A stretch of 64,000 nucleotides of DNA, taken from assembly GCA_902520495.1 (NCBI GenBank), contig CABYNW010000002.1, positions 610 through 64,609 on the forward strand, given 5' to 3'. The first letter of the stretch is position 1. Each line of letters starts with the position of its first letter. The notes under the pieces were generated by a model, which was not told the DNA's origin, did not search any database, and worked only from the letters and a program-made list of their open reading frames with translations. Position numbers and translations under genes: made by a program. Source of the DNA: an uncultured SAR86 cluster bacterium (lineage in GTDB: Bacteria; Pseudomonadota; Gammaproteobacteria; Magnimaribacterales; D2472). Shown one piece after another: positions 57,098 through 64,000 of this stretch.

Positions 57098-58942
57098 ATG
57101 CAAAAGTCATTTTCTAATACAAAAACTCTCAAATATATTTTTTTATTATTATTTATATTATCTTGTGGCGGTGGCGGATCTTCAGAAATTAACTCATCAG
57201 AAGATATCGTTCTAAATATAAATTTAAATGGTTTGAAAACACCAAGTAATAGTTACGAGAATCAAGTTATAGAAATTACATCCAATATTACGCAATGCTC
57301 TTTTAATATCTCATTAAACAATCAAGATACATACAAAATTCATCATGTGAAAACTAACGATAATAAAAATTTTGTTTTTAGAAACCCTCTTATATATAAA
57401 GAATCTGAAAATTTTCAATTGAATATTTCTAGCATCACAAATTTAAATTGCCCCGAAGCAAATAAAAATTTTGATTTACAGATAAACAGGTATCCAACTC
57501 AATATAATCTTATCCCAACAAATACTAATGACTTAAAAACTAATATATATGAAATTGGAGATATTGGTTTTGGTGGAATTGTTATAAATGATACTTTTTC
57601 AGCCACAATTTGTTACCCAACACCCAATGACTGTGAATCTTATGAAAACTCTTTATTTGGTCAAGATGCTCATAATATGGTTAGTGGAGATTTTAATGGG
57701 GATGGCTATGAAGATTTTGCCGTTGCTTGGGCGCTGTTTCCGCACACAATTGAACCTGATCAAAAAGTAAATGCTCCACTTAATATATATCTTAATAATC
57801 GAGAGGGTAGGTTTGAGGAAGACTTAGATATATATTTTGGTGGCTCTCCTCCAGAACATCCTTTTGCCTATAGAATGGTAGTAGCAGATTTTAATAATGA
57901 TGGGATGGATGATATTTTTTCTGGATCTATGGGAATTCAATATAGATCAGAAGATTACAGTGAAAATTTTATTAATCCCCATCCGCACTTACTCCTTCTT
58001 TCCAATAAAGATGGAAAACTTGAGGATAGATCTCATCAAATAGAAGATCAAAATCAAGGCGATGGTCAGCTTTGTAGTTTTGCTCATGATGCCAGCATAG
58101 GTGATCCTGATTCTGATGGAGATATTGATATTTATGCATGCAACATTTTAAATATTAATGATGGAGAAGGTAATTTTTCAATTCATGAATATATTAATTT
58201 AGATTGGCAAAGAGAAAATCAATATGGAAATCCTATGTCATCACTTTTAACTGATTTAAATAATGATTCATATGATGACATTATTTTTTGGAATTTTGAT
58301 AATAGAAGTAATTGGTCAGGCGCAGATGAGGGCTATATTCTTCTGAGCAACAATTCTTCAAATATTGAAAACTGGTCAAAGATATCATTACCAGTTGGCC
58401 CATTTGGTTTTGATAGAAATAAATACAATCATGCCGCTGCAGGAGATCTTAATAATGATGGATATATAGATGTGGTTGTTGCAATAACTAGAGATCTTCC
58501 TTATTACGAAGGTGCATATATTCAAATTCTACTTAATAATGGTTCTGGAGAGTTAATGGATGTAACGGAATCTAATTTTTCTAATCAACCAAGATCCGCT
58601 TCTCATCATGGAGAGGGAAATATATACTTAAGAGATATGAATCTTGATGGAAATCTTGATATTGTTCATTCAACTAGAGATTATGATAGTGGCTATCACG
58701 GCTCACATATTGCCATTAATGATGGAATGGGCAAATTTGAATCTATTGAAAATTCAAAATTACCAAATAAGCCAGATCCTGGATACAACAATTATGATTT
58801 TTTAATGAAGGCCTTACCTATCAATGCCGATAACGAAGCTTGCTTGGACTTTATTTCAGTTACTGATGCCGGCTGGGAAAATAATCAAAACGAAACTAGT
58901 AATTATTTCTTCACGGTAATCAATACAAATTGTGATTTTTAA
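57098..58942 (+). CDS. Lipoprotein with FG-GAP/VCBS-type (integrin-alpha-like) calcium-binding repeats
   Basis: It has a lipobox (LLFILSC followed by GGGGSS). Six DxNxDGxxD-type repeats are present: GDFNGDGYEDFAV, ADFNNDGMDDIF, GDPDSDGDIDIYA, TDLNNDSYDDIIF, GDLNNDGYIDVVV and RDMNLDGNLDIVH. Confidence 0.75.
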   Translation: MQKSFSNTKTLKYIFLLLFILSCGGGGSSEINSSEDIVLNINLNGLKTPSNSYENQVIEITSNITQCSFNISLNNQDTYKIHHVKTNDNKNFVFRNPLIYKESENFQLNISSITNLNCPEANKNFDLQINRYPTQYNLIPTNTNDLKTNIYEIGDIGFGGIVINDTFSATICYPTPNDCESYENSLFGQDAHNMVSGDFNGDGYEDFAVAWALFPHTIEPDQKVNAPLNIYLNNREGRFEEDLDIYFGGSPPEHPFAYRMVVADFNNDGMDDIFSGSMGIQYRSEDYSENFINPHPHLLLLSNKDGKLEDRSHQIEDQNQGDGQLCSFAHDASIGDPDSDGDIDIYACNILNINDGEGNFSIHEYINLDWQRENQYGNPMSSLLTDLNNDSYDDIIFWNFDNRSNWSGADEGYILLSNNSSNIENWSKISLPVGPFGFDRNKYNHAAAGDLNNDGYIDVVVAITRDLPYYEGAYIQILLNNGSGELMDVTESNFSNQPRSASHHGEGNIYLRDMNLDGNLDIVHSTRDYDSGYHGSHIAINDGMGKFESIENSKLPNKPDPGYNNYDFLMKALPINADNEACLDFISVTDAGWENNQNETSNYFFTVINTNCDF

Positions 58943-58953
58943 TTTTTTTTAAA

Positions 58954-59583
58954 ATGGATATTTCATCATATAACCTAGATTTTCATAAACACATCCTTTC
59001 TAAATGGGCTGCCTCAAGAGCTGCATCTCAAAGCAAAGGTTTTAAGTTTTCAGTTGAATTAGGTTCTAAGCTTTTATTGTTTGGTAAAAAAGGAAGTCAA
59101 GCTAGTGATCAAGAGTTTATAGATTACATCAAGCAAATAGAAAATTTTAATTCCCAAGATGATTATGATTCTTGGCATCATCAAACCATTGTAAATATGA
59201 CTTCATACACTGATGAGCTTAAGCAGCTATTAGATAAACATAATAAATCTTTTAACAACTATACATACGGAATTGCAGCAAAAATTTTAAATTGCTATCT
59301 CAAAGTTTTTTTTCTTGAATCGTTTGGCAATCAAAAGTTTGCAGATTTTATACATCCTCCTGTTGATGCAATTTTATTGAAAGCGCTAAGGAAAGAAGAT
59401 AAAAAATTATTTAACTTTAAAAATTCAGTCTTTACTAACATAGGTGTTCTAAAAATTCCTACTTGGACTAGAATCAATGAAAATGAATATAAAGAAATTA
59501 TTAAGCTAATGAAAGAATTTTTATCTATAAAAGGTCAAAATGGACTATGGAAGATTGAATTTTTCTGGATTGGACATCAATAA
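58954..59583 (+). CDS. Hypothetical protein (209 aa, apparently all-helical; weak HhH-GPD-like signature)
   Basis: The ORF starts 11 nt after the lipoprotein gene. The motifs YGIAAKILNCYL and HPPVDAILLKAL are discussed in the findings. No family was confidently recognised. Confidence 0.5.
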   Translation: MDISSYNLDFHKHILSKWAASRAASQSKGFKFSVELGSKLLLFGKKGSQASDQEFIDYIKQIENFNSQDDYDSWHHQTIVNMTSYTDELKQLLDKHNKSFNNYTYGIAAKILNCYLKVFFLESFGNQKFADFIHPPVDAILLKALRKEDKKLFNFKNSVFTNIGVLKIPTWTRINENEYKEIIKLMKEFLSIKGQNGLWKIEFFWIGHQ

Positions 59584-59624
59584 AACTTTTAATATAATAT
59601 TGAAAAGATATAATATTTAAAAAA

Positions 59625-60092
59625 ATGTCAACAAAAAAATACGAAGTCAAAATTATAGAGTTTAACAAGGTAAAGGTTGTGCCTGATAATGGTGATTATG
59701 CTGGGGATGATGATTACCATATGAGTGAATTCGTCACAGAATGGAAACTTGAGATTGATGGCAATCCACACAGAGTAAGATATGTCTTTGAAGAATATTG
59801 GATTGGTGAATCTCCAGATGAAGACGCGATGAAAATCGAAGATTTAGATAATGAAATTACTTTGGTGGATTACTTAAAAGGAGATTACTGGATGGACAGA
59901 ACAGATGAACGTCCTTACAATTATTTCGCATATCAAGATGATAAATACGATGATTCTCAGAAAAAAGATTTTTCTTTACTTTCTTACCAACTAAGTGAGT
60001 CATACCAGGGACTTTTGGACTGTGACTTAAATTGGGATACTGAATCTATTGAGGATCTAGATAATACCGAGTTTGAAATAGAAGTAGATTAA
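59625..60092 (+). CDS. Hypothetical highly acidic protein (155 aa)
   Basis: By hand count it has about 43 Asp+Glu against about 15 Lys+Arg. It has no signal peptide or TM segment. No family was recognised. Confidence 0.5.
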   Translation: MSTKKYEVKIIEFNKVKVVPDNGDYAGDDDYHMSEFVTEWKLEIDGNPHRVRYVFEEYWIGESPDEDAMKIEDLDNEITLVDYLKGDYWMDRTDERPYNYFAYQDDKYDDSQKKDFSLLSYQLSESYQGLLDCDLNWDTESIEDLDNTEFEIEVD

Positions 60093-60128
60093 CTCCTATA
60101 AAAAAATGCCGGTAAAACAAAATACTTT

Positions 60129-61115
60129 ATGATAAATTTTTTTAAAAAAAAGTGGGTACAAGTATTTTTATATTTCTGTGTTCTGGTCTATATTTTTCCT
60201 GACGTAAATAATTTTTTTCTATTTCTTTTCTTTTTAGGTGCTGCATTAATTTATTTACCATCTTTGAGGTCTTTCTCGCTTAAAAATAGATTTCAATTCC
60301 TCAAGAAAACATGGATCCAAGTACTTTTATTCTTTTTCGTTCTAGTTTTCATCTTTCCTGAACCAAACAACCTCTTTCTTTTAATTTTCTTTGCTGGAGC
60401 TGTTTTAATTTTCTTTAGAGGAAGAAAATACAAGGAAGCGAAAATTTATGAAAATGATATGTTATCTGATGACTTTTTTGAACGAGCAGCCAGCCTGAGC
60501 AATTACCAGTTTAAGGGAACATTTGAGAGTGCTGTATTGGTGGATGAGTTAGCCTTATCTCATGTAACAAAAGAAATGATTTCAAAAGGTCAATTTTTTA
60601 AGATATACAGAAAAGTAGAGTATAAATTTAAAGGTGATATTTACGAAGATAATAAGTGTGTAAAGAAAAATGTAAAATATCATGCACAAGTTAATGCTGA
60701 AAAGTGTTTTAATTTAATTGGAAACATAGAAGGATTAGGTAAAAGCTATAATCTAGATGAATTAGAAGAAATTGAAGTAGATCTAGGAAAAAAACCATCT
60801 AAAGATCAACTGAATGATCTTTCTTCAGATACTTATCTAATTGATAGAGGGACATATTTAGATTACATAGATAAAAAGAAAAACTCCGTTGTTTACGCAG
60901 AAATAGATTCCAATACCGTAAGAGCTGGCAAAAAGCCAAAAATCAAAGGAAGCGGCACTTTATTTATATCTGCTTTATTTATGAGAATTGCCCAAAATTT
61001 AAAAATGTGGCCTGAAAAGGAACCGCTTAGTGATGAGGAAAAGAATAATGCTCATTATGAAGATTTTGTAGATGGAATTGAAGTAGAACTATATATGATT
61101 GAAAAACCAAAATGA
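60129..61115 (+). CDS. Hypothetical membrane protein: duplicated 2-TM hairpin plus soluble domain of about 225 aa
   Basis: The N-terminal 100 aa form four hydrophobic segments arranged as two homologous 53-aa units. The remainder is hydrophilic. No family was recognised. Confidence 0.55.
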   Translation: MINFFKKKWVQVFLYFCVLVYIFPDVNNFFLFLFFLGAALIYLPSLRSFSLKNRFQFLKKTWIQVLLFFFVLVFIFPEPNNLFLLIFFAGAVLIFFRGRKYKEAKIYENDMLSDDFFERAASLSNYQFKGTFESAVLVDELALSHVTKEMISKGQFFKIYRKVEYKFKGDIYEDNKCVKKNVKYHAQVNAEKCFNLIGNIEGLGKSYNLDELEEIEVDLGKKPSKDQLNDLSSDTYLIDRGTYLDYIDKKKNSVVYAEIDSNTVRAGKKPKIKGSGTLFISALFMRIAQNLKMWPEKEPLSDEEKNNAHYEDFVDGIEVELYMIEKPK

Positions 61116-61189
61116 AACTATTGGTACCAAATAATTGATGTAATTATGGGTTAGCGTGATTCTTTTGAATTTTAACAACTTATCAAAAT

Positions 61190-61274
61190 TGGTGCCCCAT
61201 ATCTGAGTCGAACAGATACTCCCGAGGGAACGCGATTTTGAATCGCGCGCGTCTACCAATTCCGCCAATGGGGC
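61190..61274 (-). tRNA. tRNA-Leu (anticodon CAA), CCA encoded
   Basis: The reverse complement folds by hand into a cloverleaf. The acceptor stem is GCCCCAT/ATGGGGC. The anticodon stem is CGCGA/TCGCG with loop TTCAAAA (anticodon CAA). It has a long variable arm (type II tRNA), a T-arm ATCTG-TTCGACT-CAGAT, and a discriminator A followed by CCA. Confidence 0.9.
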
Positions 61275-61326
61275 AAGTGCTTAATTGTAGCTAACAATCG
61301 ACTCTTTTAGAATTAGTAAATATATT

Positions 61327-62346
61327 ATGAAAACTTCAGATTTTGACTACCACCTTCCCAAAGAGCTCATAGCAAACTATCCATTAGATAGAAGAACTTC
61401 GAGCAGATTACTGGTTCATTTGAATCAAATAGAACATAAAACTTTTAAAGACATTCTTAATTATTTTGAAGAAGGAGATCTTTTGGTGGTTAATAATACT
61501 TCAGTAATTCCAGCTAGAATATATGGGGAAAAGGAGTCTGGTGGTTCTGTCGAGGTGATGCTTGAAAGAGTTATGGAGGACAATAAAGCTTTAGTGCAAA
61601 TAGGCTCTGGAAGAAGTCCAAAAAAAGGAACCATTATTGTTTTAGGTTCATATAAAGCTGAATGCATCGATAGAGAAGATAGTTTTTTTATTCTTCAATT
61701 TGATGCACCACCATTAGAAGTTTTTAATGCGATAGGGCATGTTCCACTTCCACCTTATATAAAACGACCAGATGAAGATTTAGATAAAGACAGATATGCC
61801 ACTGTTTACGAAGATAAAAGATTACAGGAATCTGTTGCAGCACCAACAGCAGGCTTACACTTTGATGATGAATTGTTAAGTGCTATCAAAAAGATAGGCG
61901 TCAATATAGCAACTATAAATTTGAGTGTTGGAGCAGGAACCTTTCAACCTGTTAAAGTTGATAATATTGAGGAACATGATATTCATTCTGAGTATCTAGA
62001 AGTTAGCCCTATGGTTGTTGATATGGTTAAAAATACAAAAGCATTAGGCAAAAAGGTTTTTGCAGTTGGCACAACTGCTACAAGAGCTCTTGAAACAGCG
62101 TTTATAGATCAAGATAATAAGGGTTTTAGTGGCTACACCAAACTTTTTATATACCCTGGATATAAATTTAAAGTGGTAGATAGATTAATTACTAACTTTC
62201 ATTTGCCTAAGTCATCTTTATTAATGCTTGTGTCTGCATTCATTGGCTATGACAATATGAAACATATATATAAAACAGCAGTTGATAAGAAATATAGATT
62301 CTTATCATATGGTGATGCAATGTTGCTTAAAAAACATGAAATTTAA
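61327..62346 (+). CDS. queA: S-adenosylmethionine:tRNA ribosyltransferase-isomerase
   Basis: It starts [16 protein letters not shown] and has the PLPPYI and TAGLHF blocks. It lies in queA-tgt-yajC-secD synteny. Confidence 0.95.
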   Translation: MKTSDFDYHLPKELIANYPLDRRTSSRLLVHLNQIEHKTFKDILNYFEEGDLLVVNNTSVIPARIYGEKESGGSVEVMLERVMEDNKALVQIGSGRSPKKGTIIVLGSYKAECIDREDSFFILQFDAPPLEVFNAIGHVPLPPYIKRPDEDLDKDRYATVYEDKRLQESVAAPTAGLHFDDELLSAIKKIGVNIATINLSVGAGTFQPVKVDNIEEHDIHSEYLEVSPMVVDMVKNTKALGKKVFAVGTTATRALETAFIDQDNKGFSGYTKLFIYPGYKFKVVDRLITNFHLPKSSLLMLVSAFIGYDNMKHIYKTAVDKKYRFLSYGDAMLLKKHEI

Positions 62347-63451
62347 ATTACATAATCAATCTGAATTTGCTAGAAAAGGAGAATTAGAATTTCAAAGAGG
62401 CAATATTCAAACCCCAGCTTTTATGCCTGTTGGAACGAATGGAACCGTTAAAGGACTTACAGTTAGCGATCTAGATGAGACCAACTCAGAGGTCATACTA
62501 GGCAATACTTTTCACTTAATGTTAAGGCCTGGAGATAAATTAATAAAAGAATTAGGCGGACTTCATAAATTTATTAACTGGAAAAAACCTATTCTTACCG
62601 ATTCAGGAGGATTTCAGGTTTGGAGCTTGGGCGAACTGGCTAAAATTTCTGAAGAAGGAGTTAAGTTTAATTCTCCTTATGATGGAAAAAAAATATTTAT
62701 GACCCCAGAGGACTCAATAACGATTCAAGAAAATCTTGGTTCAGACATCATTATGACATTTGATGAATGTACAGATTATCCATCAACTCATGATGAGGCA
62801 AAAAAATCTATGGAGCTTTCAATGAGGTGGGCTAAAAGATGTAAAGATGCTCATAAATCAGAATCTGCATTATTTGGAATTGTTCAAGGAGGAATGTATA
62901 AAGATTTAAGAGAAGAGTCTCTTAATAAATTAATTGAAATTGATTTTGATGGTATTGCGCTTGGTGGTTTGAGTGTTGGTGAGTCAAAACAAGAAAAAAC
63001 TGAAATATTAGAATTTATGTCTAATAAGTTACCAGAAGACAAACCAAGGTATCTTATGGGTGTTGGAACACCTGAAGATATTGTTGAGGCTGTCAGGTAT
63101 GGAATTGATATGTTTGATTGTGTTCTTCCGACCAGAAATGCTAGAAATGGACAATTATTCACATCAGAAGGCGTAATTAATATTAGAAATGCAGAATATA
63201 AAAATAGTGATGTGCCTATAGATAAAAATTGTGACTCCAAAGTTTCTCAAAATTATAGTAGGGCATACCTTAATCATCTTCAAAGAACCAACGAAATGCT
63301 GGGCTCAATGTTAGCCACTTACCACAATATTTATTACTATCAATCTTTAATGAGAGATATTAGAAATGCAATAAAAGATAATTTATTCGCGAAGTTCTTA
63401 AAAGACTTTTATAATAAACGGAATTTAGATATGCCCGATGGGCCAATATAG
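62336..63451 (+). CDS. tgt: Queuine tRNA-ribosyltransferase
   Basis: ATG 62336 gives [34 protein letters not shown], the canonical Tgt N-terminus. It also has the DSGGFQ and LGGLSVGE blocks. The track's TTG 62282 start lies well inside queA. Confidence 0.95.
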   Translation: MKFKLHNQSEFARKGELEFQRGNIQTPAFMPVGTNGTVKGLTVSDLDETNSEVILGNTFHLMLRPGDKLIKELGGLHKFINWKKPILTDSGGFQVWSLGELAKISEEGVKFNSPYDGKKIFMTPEDSITIQENLGSDIIMTFDECTDYPSTHDEAKKSMELSMRWAKRCKDAHKSESALFGIVQGGMYKDLREESLNKLIEIDFDGIALGGLSVGESKQEKTEILEFMSNKLPEDKPRYLMGVGTPEDIVEAVRYGIDMFDCVLPTRNARNGQLFTSEGVINIRNAEYKNSDVPIDKNCDSKVSQNYSRAYLNHLQRTNEMLGSMLATYHNIYYYQSLMRDIRNAIKDNLFAKFLKDFYNKRNLDMPDGPI

Positions 63452-63459
63452 GAATAATT

Positions 63460-63747
63460 ATGGAAGGATCGCTATTTTCACCCTTGCTTTTTTTAGGTTT
63501 CTTACTATTGTTTATGTACATAGTAATTATCAGACCTCAGAATAAAAGAAATAAAGAAATTAATGAAATGTTATCCAATTTAGATGTAGGCGCAGAAGTA
63601 ATTGCAGCAAGCGGAATCATTGGTAAAGTAAAAGCTATAAAAGGTGAGTACATCTCAATAGAAGTAAGTGAGAATGTGGTTTTTAAACTTCAAAAATCTG
63701 CAATTGCTAATATTCTGCCCAAAGGAACGATTGATTCAATTAATTAA
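63460..63747 (+). CDS. yajC: Preprotein translocase subunit YajC
   Basis: This 95-aa protein has a single TM segment followed by the IIRPQNKRNKE block. Confidence 0.9.
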   Translation: MEGSLFSPLLFLGFLLLFMYIVIIRPQNKRNKEINEMLSNLDVGAEVIAASGIIGKVKAIKGEYISIEVSENVVFKLQKSAIANILPKGTIDSIN

Positions 63748-63753
63748 TTTAAA

Positions 63754-64000
63754 GTGAATAAATTCTCAATATACCAATATTTAGTCATACTAATGGTATT
63801 AGTTATTGGTTCAATTTATGCACTACCCAATCTTTATCCAACCCAGCCATCAATTCAGGTTGCATATACTGATTCTGCAAAATCTGCAGATCAATCACTT
63901 TTAAATGAGCTCGAAGATATACTTGAAAAAGAAAAAGCTAATTATGAAGAAATCTTTTTACGTGAAAATAAAATCGTTATCAAATTTAATGATGTAGACA
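63754..64000 (+). CDS. secD: Protein translocase subunit SecD, N-terminal fragment (continues beyond window)
   Basis: GTG 63754 opens a frame that stays stop-free to the window end. The translation VNKFSIYQYLVILMVLVIGSIYALPNLYPTQPSIQV is collinear with the E. coli SecD N-terminus. The ORF is absent from the track because it has no stop inside the window. Confidence 0.85.
   Translation, partial: MNKFSIYQYLVILMVLVIGSIYALPNLYPTQPSIQVAYTDSAKSADQSLLNELEDILEKEKANYEEIFLRENKIVIKFNDVD

Noticed and set aside
61121-61130. 10-bp perfect palindrome TTGGTACCAA just after the 328-aa gene
   Set aside because: It is too short, has no loop and has no T-tract. It is most likely a chance palindrome.

Overview
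This window is a gene-dense, AT-rich bacterial chromosome segment (roughly 30-33% GC by eye). All calls come from reading the supplied ORF translations and the raw sequence; no searches were run.

Gene order is classic gammaproteobacterial core synteny:
- sucA(3' end)-sucB-lpdA-sucCD
- msrB-murJ-ribF-ileS-lspA-ispH-ampD-ampG
- groESL
- sodN-sodX (nickel SOD)
- rpsP-rimM-trmD-rplS
- xerD-dsbC-hom-thrC-prfB-lysS
- mdh
- nrdAB
- glpK, serA, ung
- ygfZ/sdhE
- rpoE-antisigma-htrA-lepA-lepB-rnc-era-recO-acpS-adk
- uppP, rsmJ
- queA-tgt-yajC-secD(5' end)

The low GC, many 1-23 nt gene overlaps, few terminators and Ni-SOD fit a streamlined marine gammaproteobacterium. That assignment is inference only.

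I support about 70 CDS, one tRNA-Leu(CAA), two hairpin terminators and several regulatory sites: NrdR boxes, DnaA boxes, and sigma-E-like and sigma-32-like promoters. I saw no rRNA, CRISPR array, transposase, integrase or prophage genes.

The observations most worth a second look are:
1. Both ribosomal proteins at the ends of the rpsP operon carry long acidic (A/T)EE(E)AP repeat extensions. The 187-aa N-terminal extension of L19 begins with a MinD/FtsY-like amphipathic membrane-targeting motif ([12 protein letters not shown]), followed by a Rho_N/HeH-like motif. This gives an FtsY-A-domain-like architecture fused to a ribosomal protein.
2. A 4.7-kb patch of orphan genes lies between rsmJ and tRNA-Leu. 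It encodes an FG-GAP lipoprotein, a helical protein with a weak HhH-GPD-like signature, a very acidic protein, and a membrane protein with an internally duplicated TM hairpin.
3. A cluster of three DnaA boxes plus AT-rich tandem 10-mers sits in the serA-ung spacer.
4. A His-rich 52-codon ORF lies immediately upstream of the Ni-SOD module.
5. A TsaB-like protein appears to have an internal deletion.

The rest of the window is ordinary housekeeping sequence.
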